From Candidatus Saccharimonadales bacterium (GTDB lineage: Bacteria > Patescibacteriota > Saccharimonadia > Saccharimonadales > JBBQAJ01): 64,000 nucleotides of DNA. A program made the translations under genes and the position numbers. This document shows positions 28,721-39,061 of this stretch, piece after piece. The number at the start of each line of letters is the position of its first letter. The stretch's first letter is position 1. The notes beneath the pieces were generated by a model. The model worked only from the letters and a program-made list of their open reading frames with translations. It searched no databases and was not told the origin of the DNA. The stretch is taken from positions 27,680 to 91,679 of the forward strand of contig JBBQAJ010000001.1 of assembly GCA_038316195.1 (NCBI GenBank), in the 5' to 3' direction.

Positions 28721-29854
28721 ATGGATTTTGCAGAAAAAGCTTTGAAAAAACATAAAGAGCTTGGTGGAAAGATAGAAATTCACCTCAAAGAGAAGCTTGA
28801 TAGTATTGAAAAACTAAGTACATTTTACACACCTGGTGTTGCAGCTGTGAGTAGTTATGTGGCTGCTCATTTAAATGAAGCCAGAGACTATACATGGTTA
28901 AATAATTCTTTGGCTGTTGTTTCCGATGGTTCAGCTGTTCTAGGTCTTGGAAACATTGGTCCCTTTGGAGCACTACCAGTTATGGAAGGAAAATCCATGC
29001 TTTTCAAACATTTTGCAGGGATAGATGCAGTTCCGATTGTATTAGACGTGCATAAGCCAGAGGAAATAGTAGCTGCAATTGTAGCGATAGCTCCAAGTTT
29101 TGGAGCAATAAATTTAGAAGATATAGCTTCACCACAATGTTTTTATATTGAAGAGGAATTGAAATCTGCCCTAGATATCCCAGTAATGCATGACGACCAG
29201 CATGGGACGGCGATTGTGGTACTAGCGGGTTTAATTAATGCCATGAAAGTAGTTGGTAAAAACTTACATGAGTGCAGAATAGTAATAGCCGGTGCCGGAG
29301 CTGCCGGGACGGCAGTTGTCAAACTATTGGATGTATACGCAAAACCAATGATGTTGGTAGTTGATAGCCAAGGTATAGTTAGCCGAAATCGTGATGGTTT
29401 GACTCTTGAAAAAAGAGAACTACTAAGTTTTACAAATGCCAACGGACTTGATGGAAGTCTTGAAGATGCATTGTACAATGCAGACATATTTATTGGAGTT
29501 TCCAAAGCTGGATTGCTGACACGAGATATGGTCAAAACGATGGCAAAAGACCCTGTAATTTTTGCTATGGCAAACCCTATGCCAGAAATAATGCCAGCAG
29601 AAGCAAAAATGGCAGGCGCTGCTGTTGTTGCTACGGGAAGAAGTGATTTCCCAAACCAGGTCAACAATGCTCTTGCGTTTCCTGGCATATTTCGAGGCGC
29701 CCTAGACAATCGAGTAAATAGAATCTCTGTTCAACACAAAATCGCAACAGCTGAAGTTATCGCAAGATTGGTCGAGAACCCTACAGCAAATAACATTATA
29801 CCTAGTATATTAGACACTCGACTAGTGCCTGCTATTTCGAAAGTAATAATTTAG
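28721..29854 (+). CDS. NAD(P)-dependent malic enzyme (no PTA domain)
   Basis: YTPGVA, SDGSAVLGLGNIG, PVMEGK, INLEDI, HDDQHGTA, GAGAAG, TGRSDFPNQVNN. Confidence 0.94.
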   Translation: MDFAEKALKKHKELGGKIEIHLKEKLDSIEKLSTFYTPGVAAVSSYVAAHLNEARDYTWLNNSLAVVSDGSAVLGLGNIGPFGALPVMEGKSMLFKHFAGIDAVPIVLDVHKPEEIVAAIVAIAPSFGAINLEDIASPQCFYIEEELKSALDIPVMHDDQHGTAIVVLAGLINAMKVVGKNLHECRIVIAGAGAAGTAVVKLLDVYAKPMMLVVDSQGIVSRNRDGLTLEKRELLSFTNANGLDGSLEDALYNADIFIGVSKAGLLTRDMVKTMAKDPVIFAMANPMPEIMPAEAKMAGAAVVATGRSDFPNQVNNALAFPGIFRGALDNRVNRISVQHKIATAEVIARLVENPTANNIIPSILDTRLVPAISKVII

Positions 29855-29860
29855 TTAAAA

Positions 29861-31459
29861 TCAACCAATGACTCGATAGATTTCTTCAAGTGTTGTCTGG
29901 CCTGCTATAACTTTCAGAATCCCGTTTTGTAACATAGTCGTCATTCCACTTGCTATTGCTGCGGCCTCAATTTCCTGAGTAGTAGGTGGCTTAGGGCTAC
30001 TCATTACCTGAGCAACTTGACCTTTCATGGTGAACTGCTCTCTTAATGCCAATTGTCCACTAAACCCAAAGGGATTTTCGGGTGATGAAGTTGGCTTATA
30101 TAACTTAAGACCCTCTAAAGATGGTTTTTGCACATTTGCAGGCAGTGTATCCACTATTTCTTTTATTTTCGCTAATGTAGCTTCGTCGGGCTGATAAGCT
30201 TGCTTTGAATTATCATCAAGCTTTCTGACAAGTCTCTGAGCCATTACAAGCCTAATCGCAGAAACAAACAATGGGTTTTGACCGATCACATCCACCATTC
30301 TCGTAAGTGCTGCAGCAGCGGAGCTTGCGTGATATGTAGACAGTACCAAATGACCCGTAAGTGCAGCTTGTAAGGCCGTTTTTGCTGTGTCACTATCACG
30401 AATTTCGCCAACCATTACTATGTCGGGATCCAACCGTAACACCGCACGTAGCTTGTTGGCAAAATTGGTTTCCTGGGAATTTTGAGTAGTAACTGAAATC
30501 TGAGTTATTCCAGCGAATTGATATTCAACTGGGTCTTCAACAGTAATAATTTTTCGTTCTTCTGAATTGAGGCTGTTGAGCATTGAATAAAGCGTGGTAG
30601 TTTTTCCAGATCCAGTTGGACCTACAGCTAAAACAAGTCCACTTGGCTTTGATATAATCTCATCAACAATCTGCCGTTCCTCAGTTGATAAACCCAGACG
30701 ATCCAATGTATACATGGTTTGGTCCATGTTGAATAAACGCATAACTACGTCAATTCCGTTTATTGTCGGTACCGTCTCTAACCGAACATTTACATCGACT
30801 TCAGCGCCGTCTGCCATTTTTACTACTTGTGCAATATGTCCCTGTTGAGCATCTGGCGCAGAAGTAGAAACATTCCCTGCGCTAGCAATTGCAGAAATCA
30901 GTACTCGGTATTTTTCAGTACTAAGTTTTGCGACTACATGCAAGACTCCGTCTACCCGAAACCTAATTCTTACATATTGTTTCTGGCTTTCTAAGTGAAT
31001 ATCCGAAGCATTCAATTTATGCGCTTGCTTAACTAGATAAGCCAACATATCATCCGCGCGCACTTGCTCCAGAGTTGAAGAAACTCGTTCTATAAGATTT
31101 TGGTCCCCGGTCTGATTGAGTGCGATATCATGATACTCAATAATTTTTGGTGGGTCATAAAGTTTCATATACTCACGATAGCCCGTGTCTGAAATGAGCA
31201 TAAAAGTGACTCTTTGATCCAAAAACTGTTGTCTCATTTGGGTCATTGTTTGCTGTGAAGTTGTGTTAGTTACTCCAAAAGTAACGCTATGAGCATCTGA
31301 AGATAAAGGCACAATCCTCAGACTGTACATGTCTTGATTACTCAAAATTTCCTTAAATAACGTTTTTTCTGTATTCGAAGTATCGGTATATTGCAGGTTT
31401 AAAATTTGTGCACGTCGCTGCGTATTGTTTTCTTCATCTCGTCTTGCGTCTTGTGACAT
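29861..31459 (-). CDS. GspE/PilB-family type IV pilus assembly ATPase
   Basis: ASDIHLE, RFRVDG, GPTGSGKTTT, TVEDPVEY, LRLDPDIVMVGEIRD, TGHLVLST. Confidence 0.93.
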   Translation of the reverse strand: MSQDARRDEENNTQRRAQILNLQYTDTSNTEKTLFKEILSNQDMYSLRIVPLSSDAHSVTFGVTNTTSQQTMTQMRQQFLDQRVTFMLISDTGYREYMKLYDPPKIIEYHDIALNQTGDQNLIERVSSTLEQVRADDMLAYLVKQAHKLNASDIHLESQKQYVRIRFRVDGVLHVVAKLSTEKYRVLISAIASAGNVSTSAPDAQQGHIAQVVKMADGAEVDVNVRLETVPTINGIDVVMRLFNMDQTMYTLDRLGLSTEERQIVDEIISKPSGLVLAVGPTGSGKTTTLYSMLNSLNSEERKIITVEDPVEYQFAGITQISVTTQNSQETNFANKLRAVLRLDPDIVMVGEIRDSDTAKTALQAALTGHLVLSTYHASSAAAALTRMVDVIGQNPLFVSAIRLVMAQRLVRKLDDNSKQAYQPDEATLAKIKEIVDTLPANVQKPSLEGLKLYKPTSSPENPFGFSGQLALREQFTMKGQVAQVMSSPKPPTTQEIEAAAIASGMTTMLQNGILKVIAGQTTLEEIYRVIG

Positions 31460-31553
31460 ACGCCTATTATAACCATAAGCTCCTCTAGCTGGAAGCTAAA
31501 AGTTGAAATTGAGAATACTTTTACTTTTAGGTAATTGTCATTAGACTTGTAAC

Positions 31554-32051
31554 ATGCGTAATATAGTTTTAATCGCTCATAATTTAAGAAGTTGCCATAA
31601 TGTTGGATCTTTGCTAAGGACAGCAGATGGTTTGGGTGTTAAAAAAGTATACTTAACTGGCTACACTCCCTACCCAATGCACCCAAAAGATAATCGGTTA
31701 CCACATATAGCTCTAAAACTTCATAATAAAATTCAAAAAACTGCACTTGGCGCAGAACAAAAAGATCATTGGGAGTATTTCGATGAAATAAATCCAATTT
31801 TAAATAGACTTAAAAAAGAAAAATTCATTATTGTTGCACTTGAGCAATCAAATAATTCGGTTCAAATAAACAAATGGAACCCTCCTTCAAATATTGCTAT
31901 AGTATTGGGCCGTGAGACATTTGGGATTGAACAAGAAGTTTTGGATCAGTGCAATATAGTCCTTGAAATTCCAATGTTTGGTCGTAAAGAGTCATTCAAT
32001 GTAGTTCAAGCAGCCGCGATGGCACTTTTCTATACAAGATTTACAAAATAA
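31554..32051 (+). CDS. SpoU/TrmH-family RNA methyltransferase
   Basis: HNVGSLLRTAD, LGRETFGI, IPMFGRKESFNV. Confidence 0.92.
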   Translation: MRNIVLIAHNLRSCHNVGSLLRTADGLGVKKVYLTGYTPYPMHPKDNRLPHIALKLHNKIQKTALGAEQKDHWEYFDEINPILNRLKKEKFIIVALEQSNNSVQINKWNPPSNIAIVLGRETFGIEQEVLDQCNIVLEIPMFGRKESFNVVQAAAMALFYTRFTK

Positions 32052-32075
32052 TACAAAGCATATACACTTTTATAT

Positions 32076-33056
32076 ATGGCAAATAGGCCGCATAACTTTC
32101 GAGCACTTAGCAAACCAAAAAAAATTAGCAAAAAAGACCAAAGACATTACTTACCTTACTTGCCTTTGTTAATTTTTGTTGTTGGTACATTTTTACTTAG
32201 CTTAATCCAACCTCTTCAGAAAACTGGGGTACTAGCATATGGCACAGACTTAAGTACAAGTGGGTTATTGCAATCAACTAATGAGAAGCGAGCTCAAAAC
32301 GGAGCAGGAAGTTTGCGAATTAATAGCTCGCTAAATGCAGCGGCTCAATCAAAAGCCAATGATATGATAGCAAGAAACTACTGGGCACATGTAACGCCTG
32401 ACGGCCAGCAACCTTGGGTTTTTATGGACAGCGCGGGATATAAATACCAAAAGGCAGGAGAAAATTTAGCATATGGATTTGCGACAAGTAGCGACACTAT
32501 TACTGGCTGGATGAATAGCCAAACGCACAAAGACAATATGCTAGATACAGCTTTTAGTGAAGTTGGTTTTGGATTTGCAAACGGAGCTGATTTTAACAAT
32601 AATGGAAAAGAGACTGTAGTTGTTGCAATGTATGGGAGACCCCAGGTTTTGGGAACCAGTAACGTATCAACCCAACCCACTGCTACAACACCTGTACAAT
32701 CTGCCACAAAAGTAAGTGCAGACACAAAACCAGCCGATACATCACAACCAACGCCAACTCAACTTGCCCCTACTCCTGTCACAACGGATTCTAAAGATAT
32801 TATTGAACCTAAATCGGTACCAGTTGCTAGAGTACAAACCTTAACCAAAGGGCGAGCTCCGTGGGCCTTATTTGGCGTCGGATTGATCACAGGTCTCGCC
32901 GTTATGATGATATTAGTGAAACATGCAGCAGCTTTGCGTCATCTTCTAAGAAATAGTGAGAAGTTCGTATTACATCATCCACTTTTGGATTCAGTTTTGG
33001 TTAGCATGGTTCTGTTTGGAAGTTTTTTATTGCAAACAACTGGGTTTATACGCTAA
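32076..33056 (+). CDS. CAP (SCP) domain membrane protein
   Basis: TNEKR...LNAAAQSKANDM...YWAH...AGENLA...GWMNSQTH; Thr/Pro linker; flanking TM helices. Confidence 0.9.
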   Translation: MANRPHNFRALSKPKKISKKDQRHYLPYLPLLIFVVGTFLLSLIQPLQKTGVLAYGTDLSTSGLLQSTNEKRAQNGAGSLRINSSLNAAAQSKANDMIARNYWAHVTPDGQQPWVFMDSAGYKYQKAGENLAYGFATSSDTITGWMNSQTHKDNMLDTAFSEVGFGFANGADFNNNGKETVVVAMYGRPQVLGTSNVSTQPTATTPVQSATKVSADTKPADTSQPTPTQLAPTPVTTDSKDIIEPKSVPVARVQTLTKGRAPWALFGVGLITGLAVMMILVKHAAALRHLLRNSEKFVLHHPLLDSVLVSMVLFGSFLLQTTGFIR

Positions 33057-33063
33057 ATCAGTT

Positions 33064-36000
33064 TTATTGCATACGGACATGGTCATGTCCAATCAATGAT
33101 TGAAGTTCACTAAGCCCAGTTTCGTGAGCAATTCGATTTGGAAGTCGTATAATCTGTTTATCGTTTTTGCCTATAACTAGAACAACTTCAGTATCTCCTG
33201 GGTGAGCATCAATTGTTTGCTTCAATGAAACTAGTTCGGATTGGTTCGAGCTAGTCTCAAGCCTGATATAGACTCTAGATGGACTTGATTCTGCTTTTGT
33301 ATTTTTTGATATATTTTTCTTTGTGGTAGTTTTTATAGTTTTTGGCTTTGAGCCAGTTGCTTGATATGCAATCGCTTGTTCGTGAGTAATTTCTCTTGCA
33401 TCATCTACTAAAAGTTTCAATTCTTCAGTTAAATTTCCTTGTTTGTCCTTTAAGCTTACTTTACCATTAGCAAGAACTATTTTATCTCTTTCCCATATGC
33501 CTGTTGTCTGTTGAAAAATTCCTGGGAAAAGTACAAGTTCAATTTCTCCGAATTGATCTGCTATTTTTACAAATGCCATTTTCTGACCGTTCTTTGTGAC
33601 AATTTCCCTCACGTCGGTAATGGAACCACCTACTTTAGCTGATTTGCCGTCATGCTCGGATTTAATAGAATTTAATGCTACTGACTGTTCTGATAAAATT
33701 GCTTCAAATTGTTTCAACGGATGTTGGCTTAAATATAATCCAAGCAATTCTCTTTCCCACAATAGTTGCTGTCTTTGATCAAAGATTTCAACATCGGTAT
33801 TTATTACTATTTTGGGCTTTTCAGAACCTAATTTTGAATTTCCAAATAAATCAGTTTGCCCACTACTTGCCTCTTTTTGAATTTTGTTTGCAAAAGCAAT
33901 GAATATTTCTATATTACCAAGCAAAATATGTCTTTCACCCAAACTGTCAAAAGCCCCTGCTTTGAAAAGACTTTCAAGCGATTTTTTATTTACCATCCGA
34001 ACATTAACTTTCGCAAAAAATTCTTCAATAGTTTTAAATTCACCGTTTTCTTCTCGAGCGCGTAAAATTTCTTCAACAGCACCACTGCCAACGTTTTTTA
34101 CAGCCCTCAACCCAAATCTAATCTTGTTTTTACCGGGTACTACTGAGAATTCTTCAAAAGATTCATTTACATCCGGTTGTAACACTTCAATGCCCATGTG
34201 TTTGCATTCAGTTATTTCTATGGCTAATCGATCAATATCATCAAAGTCACTTGTCATTAGTGCGGCCATAAAAACATCTGGGTAATTTGCCTTTAAGTAT
34301 GCTGTCCAATACGCAATTAGTGCATAACAAGACGAATGAGCTTTTGGAAATGCATATGACGCAAACGCCTCCAACTGTGACCAGAATTTTTCCATTAAGT
34401 TTCTATCAGCACCTACTGTCTTAATTGCGCCTTCTATAAATTCCGTCTTGAATTTTGCAAGAACTGCCGGAATTTTTTTACCAATACCTTTTCGTAAACT
34501 GTCTGCTTGACCACCTGTAAACCCACACATTTCTTTACTAATTTGCATAACTTGTTCTTGGTAAACTATAATTCCATACGTAGTTTTTAACGCAGGCTCC
34601 ATTGCTGGGTGCAAATAGGTTATAGCTTTGGCGCCATGTTTCCTTAAAATAAAATCTTCAATCCATTGCATGGGCCCGGGTCTGTAAAGAGCATTCATGG
34701 CGATCAAATCTTCAAAAACAGTTGGCTGTAATTGTTTGAGGTAGCGTTTCATGCCAGATGATTCAAACTGGAACAGCCCAGTTGTGTCACCATTTTGAAA
34801 TAATTTGAATGTTTTTCCGTCATCTAACGGAATGTTTTCGACTAGCAAATCTATTCCATGAACTTTTTTAATCGTACGGAGGGCGTTCTTAATAATAGTC
34901 AAGTTAGACAAGCCCAAAAAATCCATTTTAAGCAATCCTAGTTCCTCTATGGGGCCCATAGAATATTGAGTCGTTATAGTTCCTTTTTGGGCAATTTCAA
35001 GTGGGGAATATTTTACTAATGAATCTGGTGCAATCACAACTCCAGCAGCATGTACACCGTGCGAACGAATTGTACCCTCCAATCTAACTGCTTGATCCAG
35101 AACTTTTTTAGAAACCTGGTTTGAATTGTATTCCGACTTTAATTGATCATTTTCAACTAATGAAGTTGCTAGGGGTATATGTCTGCCTTGTACGGGTGGT
35201 GGTATCATTTTCGCTAGACGGTCTGCATCTGAGTACGGTACTTGTAAAACTCTTGCAACATCGCGAACAGCATTCCTTGCCTGCATTCGGCCAAAAGTAA
35301 CGATATTCGCAACTCTATCAGAACCATATTTTTCAATACAATATTCAATTACTTCATCCCGTCGTGTGTCCTGTATATCAATATCAATGTCTGGCATTGA
35401 AATACGATCGGGATTTAGAAATCTTTCAAAAAGAAGATCGTATTTTAAAGGGTCTAACTCAGTAATGTTCAGTGCATATGAAATAATCGAACCAGCAGCG
35501 GAACCCCTACCTGGACCAAAAACAATGCCCATACCCTTGCCCCAATTTATAAAATCTTGAATTATTAAAAAATATCCATTAAAGCCCATTTGTCCAATAA
35601 CTCCAAGCTCATATTTTGCCCGAGTTTTTACGACTTTTGGAATTTTATCCATAGCTTCTTCTTGGCTAAGCTCAAAGGATTTTTTTTGACTTACTTCGCC
35701 ATAGCGCCAGGCTAGACCCTGATATACTAGTTCCTGCAAATAACTTTTTTCTGTTTTTCCTTTTGGAACTTTGAATTTTGGAATTAATATCTTACCTAAA
35801 TCTATTTCCAAACTACACCTTTCGGCGATTATTTTAGTGTTTCTAATAACTTCAGGATAATCCGTCCCCCAACGAGAAATTATTTCTTTTGGTGGGGTAA
35901 CATGCAGTGGAAACTGTTTCAGACTCATTCTTTTTTCATCAGCCAAAAATGATCCAGTGCCAACGCAAAGTAAAATCTCATGTGCGTCCTGGTCTTCGTG

Positions 36001-36675
36001 TCGTAAGTAATGAGCATCAGACGTTATTACTACTTCTATTTTTAATTCCTTACCTAGCTTTAATACTTTTTCATTTATATCTTGCTGCTCTTGATTGTGC
36101 ATAGGATTTTTTGGGTGGCCATGATCTTGTATTTCTAAGTAATATCTGTCGCCAAATATACTTTTATACCAAATAGCGATTTCTTTTGCTTGTTCGTATT
36201 GATTTTGTTTTAAAGCATTTCCAATTTCTCCTCCCATACATCCACTCAGCACAATAAGACCATCACTAAGTTTTTCTAATAGATCATGGTCAACTCGAGG
36301 ATAATAATAAAATCCTTCCAAATTTGCTGTTGTGCTGAGCTGCATTAAATTTAAATAACCAATTTGATTTATAGCTAAAACTATCAAATGGAACCTAGCT
36401 TTGTCTTGCGAGGGGTCTTTGTCAGTAAGTTTTCTTGTTGCTACATATGTTTCTATGCCAATTATTGGCTTAATTTCGTGGTTTATAGCTTCTTTATAAA
36501 AATCAATAGCCCCTGACATAGTCCCATGGTCGGTCATAGCAACCGCAGACATTCCAGAGTCAACAACCAAATCCATCAGTTCATCAATTTTTGTTAACCC
36601 GTCCAATAAACTGTACTGAGTGTGGTTGTGCAAATGAACAAAATCAGCTGCAGTCAGCGAACTGTCATTGGCCAT
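33064..36675 (-). CDS. dnaE: DNA polymerase III alpha subunit
   Basis: HLHNHTQYSLLDG PHP domain, GPGRGSAAGS, PDIDID, KMDFLGL, OB fold; no intein visible. Confidence 0.98.
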   Translation of the reverse strand: MANDSSLTAADFVHLHNHTQYSLLDGLTKIDELMDLVVDSGMSAVAMTDHGTMSGAIDFYKEAINHEIKPIIGIETYVATRKLTDKDPSQDKARFHLIVLAINQIGYLNLMQLSTTANLEGFYYYPRVDHDLLEKLSDGLIVLSGCMGGEIGNALKQNQYEQAKEIAIWYKSIFGDRYYLEIQDHGHPKNPMHNQEQQDINEKVLKLGKELKIEVVITSDAHYLRHEDQDAHEILLCVGTGSFLADEKRMSLKQFPLHVTPPKEIISRWGTDYPEVIRNTKIIAERCSLEIDLGKILIPKFKVPKGKTEKSYLQELVYQGLAWRYGEVSQKKSFELSQEEAMDKIPKVVKTRAKYELGVIGQMGFNGYFLIIQDFINWGKGMGIVFGPGRGSAAGSIISYALNITELDPLKYDLLFERFLNPDRISMPDIDIDIQDTRRDEVIEYCIEKYGSDRVANIVTFGRMQARNAVRDVARVLQVPYSDADRLAKMIPPPVQGRHIPLATSLVENDQLKSEYNSNQVSKKVLDQAVRLEGTIRSHGVHAAGVVIAPDSLVKYSPLEIAQKGTITTQYSMGPIEELGLLKMDFLGLSNLTIIKNALRTIKKVHGIDLLVENIPLDDGKTFKLFQNGDTTGLFQFESSGMKRYLKQLQPTVFEDLIAMNALYRPGPMQWIEDFILRKHGAKAITYLHPAMEPALKTTYGIIVYQEQVMQISKEMCGFTGGQADSLRKGIGKKIPAVLAKFKTEFIEGAIKTVGADRNLMEKFWSQLEAFASYAFPKAHSSCYALIAYWTAYLKANYPDVFMAALMTSDFDDIDRLAIEITECKHMGIEVLQPDVNESFEEFSVVPGKNKIRFGLRAVKNVGSGAVEEILRAREENGEFKTIEEFFAKVNVRMVNKKSLESLFKAGAFDSLGERHILLGNIEIFIAFANKIQKEASSGQTDLFGNSKLGSEKPKIVINTDVEIFDQRQQLLWERELLGLYLSQHPLKQFEAILSEQSVALNSIKSEHDGKSAKVGGSITDVREIVTKNGQKMAFVKIADQFGEIELVLFPGIFQQTTGIWERDKIVLANGKVSLKDKQGNLTEELKLLVDDAREITHEQAIAYQATGSKPKTIKTTTKKNISKNTKAESSPSRVYIRLETSSNQSELVSLKQTIDAHPGDTEVVLVIGKNDKQIIRLPNRIAHETGLSELQSLIGHDHVRMQ

Positions 36676-37080
36676 TTAAGCTTTTTTATTTACAAATTTT
36701 TTCAGGTGAGTAGTAGCTTTTTTAACATCGTCGATAGCTTGTTGTAAGTCTTTATCATCAGCTTCACCTTCATGAACTGCTGACAAGAGTAATTTTGCTT
36801 TTTTACCTACTTTTTCTGCATTTGAATGGGCTTTTGTAAATTCGACACTTACTTTGCTTTTTGATTTTTCAACAATATTAGAGGCATCACCGAGTAATTT
36901 ATTTAAATCACTGTGTGCTTGTTTTAATTTACGTTCAGCTTCATTTTTTACATTTGCAGCGGCTTGTTGAATGTCTTTTCTAGTGTCTTTTCCACTTTTT
37001 GGAGCAGTTAACAAACCTACAATATATCCTGCCCCAGCAACTAAAACAGTCCCGATTGCAAAATTACGTTTTTTTGTCAT
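36676..37080 (-). CDS. YtxH-domain protein
   Basis: GYIVGLLTAPKSGKDTRKDI followed by a helical region. Confidence 0.85.
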   Translation of the reverse strand: MTKKRNFAIGTVLVAGAGYIVGLLTAPKSGKDTRKDIQQAAANVKNEAERKLKQAHSDLNKLLGDASNIVEKSKSKVSVEFTKAHSNAEKVGKKAKLLLSAVHEGEADDKDLQQAIDDVKKATTHLKKFVNKKA

Positions 37081-37082
37081 GA

Positions 37083-37349
37083 TTAGTCCTTTTTAGATTT
37101 CTTGTTATGCTTATAAACAGCGTCGCTAATATTTGAGAAAAACTTACCAATAGCAACAGGTCCTGCAGTATATTTGAAAAATTCTCCAACACTTTCTGCA
37201 GTGTTTGCTATTTTTTCAGCTTTTTCGGAGATAGTCTTGAGATGATTTAGGATCTGAATTGTTTTTATAGTAGCGAAAATAGCTAAAAGCAAAAATATTG
37301 CTAATGCAGATGATAAAATAACAACTAATACCTGTTCAGCATTCCCCAT
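37083..37349 (-). CDS. Small membrane protein (DUF948-like), paired with YtxH
   Basis: N-terminal TM followed by a coiled segment; directly upstream of the ytxH-like gene. Confidence 0.6.
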   Translation of the reverse strand: MGNAEQVLVVILSSALAIFLLLAIFATIKTIQILNHLKTISEKAEKIANTAESVGEFFKYTAGPVAIGKFFSNISDAVYKHNKKSKKD

Positions 37350-37358
37350 ATGTGCTTG

Positions 37359-38249
37359 TTATTGTATCACTTTTCTAAGATAATCGCGAAAATCATCTTT
37401 TATTTCGTCTCGTTGTAATGCAAAATCTACTACAGTTTTTAAATATTCCAATTTGTTTCCAGTATCATGGTATTTTGCGTTTTGAATCTCGGTCGCTATT
37501 ACCCTGCCACCCTGTCTAATGAGTTGCATTAAGGCATCATTTGCATACAGTTCATTTTCTGGTTTTAGATTTTCTGCAACTTTGTGGAGATGCTTAAAGA
37601 TTTCCGCAGTTAATAAAAATCCACCATTAGTTGCTTGATCTGAAGGGGCACTTTTTTGACCAGGTTTTTCAATAATGTTTTTAGCGTCAATTATCCCTTC
37701 TCGAAGTTTTTCACCGGAAGCATAACCATATCTCGTATAGTCTGATGAAAGATTTGCAGTAATTGTACCGACTACCGAACAGCCGAATTCGTTATAAACA
37801 TCTATCATTTGTTTAAACCTAACTGGATTTGCAACTATGAAGTCGTCACTCCAGGTATAGATAAATGGTTCATCGCCTATTAAGTGCTCTACGTTCAATA
37901 AAGGCGTACCATTTCCATATGGTCCTTTTTGACGGACGTAGGCAAAATTAGCTAGGTTTGAAACTTTTTTAGTGTTCTTAAGTAGTTCTATTTTACCCCC
38001 TTGGTTTAGATTGGCAATTAAATCTGCACTCATAGCATCAAAATGATCCTCGATTGAGCGTTTGTGGTATCCCGTAACAATAACTATGTCTTCAATTCCA
38101 GCTTCTACAAGTTCTTCAACAATATATTGAATAATGGGCTTATCTACAAGAGGAAGCATTTCTTTTGGCATAGCTTTTGTTTGTGGCAAAAAGCGCGTAC
38201 CAAAACCTGCCGCTGCAATTACTGCTTTTCGTACTTTTGGCTTATCCAT
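37359..38249 (-). CDS. galU: UTP-glucose-1-phosphate uridylyltransferase
   Basis: KAVIAAAGFGTRFLPQTKAMPKEMLP, IIEKP, HDTGNK. Confidence 0.9.
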   Translation of the reverse strand: MDKPKVRKAVIAAAGFGTRFLPQTKAMPKEMLPLVDKPIIQYIVEELVEAGIEDIVIVTGYHKRSIEDHFDAMSADLIANLNQGGKIELLKNTKKVSNLANFAYVRQKGPYGNGTPLLNVEHLIGDEPFIYTWSDDFIVANPVRFKQMIDVYNEFGCSVVGTITANLSSDYTRYGYASGEKLREGIIDAKNIIEKPGQKSAPSDQATNGGFLLTAEIFKHLHKVAENLKPENELYANDALMQLIRQGGRVIATEIQNAKYHDTGNKLEYLKTVVDFALQRDEIKDDFRDYLRKVIQ

Positions 38250-38323
38250 TAAATAAATTGTATCACGATAATAAATTTATATTTTATTGCAATAACACAT
38301 AATCAGAGTATAATCAAACTTTA

Positions 38324-39061
38324 ATGAGCGAAATAATTAAACCATTACCCTGGCAAGACTTAGAAATAATTAAACCACGTGCAGAGAGGCATTATCGCGA
38401 TCTTCCTTTTCATGGATTTTCACACGCAATTGAAACATTCAATGAAGTTCGAGAGATAGCCGATGACTATGCGTCTCGTGGGATACCTTTAGAAGATGAC
38501 GAGATTAGAGATGCAGAAATAGGTATGCTATATCACGATGCGGATTTTTATGTTCCAATACATATTCATCATTTCAAAAGTAAAGAAGCATTCGCCAGAA
38601 GTATTATGGCCACCGAGCAACGAGAATTGGGAATGCCAGAAAAACGAATTCAACGAATTGGAGGTGGAATTTTAGGGACTCAATTAAATGTTACGCCGAA
38701 AACTCGGGTTGCTAAAGTAATGCGCCAAGCCGACCTAAGTAATGTGGCGAAACAGCCCCCTTTACAGGTTATCAGAAATTCTGTAAAGCTTTTTCGTGAA
38801 GATGAAGTTTTAAAACGAAGATATGGACATCATGGAACTATAAAAACAGATTTACTAAGTTTTGTTATCGGAAGCTACGGAGTAATGAGAGCATATAACA
38901 AGGACGACGTCTCGCTCGGGGCATTAGACCGTAACGACGATGGAAAAAGTAGTTTTGGAGAAATGCTCGAAACTGGTATGGAATGTTTTTTGCCTGTCAA
39001 AGCGTCAGAACTACTGCGAAAACTTGGATTGATTCCAGCCGAAACTGAACCTATAACTTAA
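38324..39061 (+). CDS. HD-domain metal-dependent phosphohydrolase
   Basis: PFHGFSHA...LYHDAD...RQADL. Confidence 0.75.
   Translation: MSEIIKPLPWQDLEIIKPRAERHYRDLPFHGFSHAIETFNEVREIADDYASRGIPLEDDEIRDAEIGMLYHDADFYVPIHIHHFKSKEAFARSIMATEQRELGMPEKRIQRIGGGILGTQLNVTPKTRVAKVMRQADLSNVAKQPPLQVIRNSVKLFREDEVLKRRYGHHGTIKTDLLSFVIGSYGVMRAYNKDDVSLGALDRNDDGKSSFGEMLETGMECFLPVKASELLRKLGLIPAETEPIT

Noticed and set aside
33064-36675. Intein in DnaE
   Set aside because: Length is ordinary and no intein terminal or LAGLIDADG motifs were seen.
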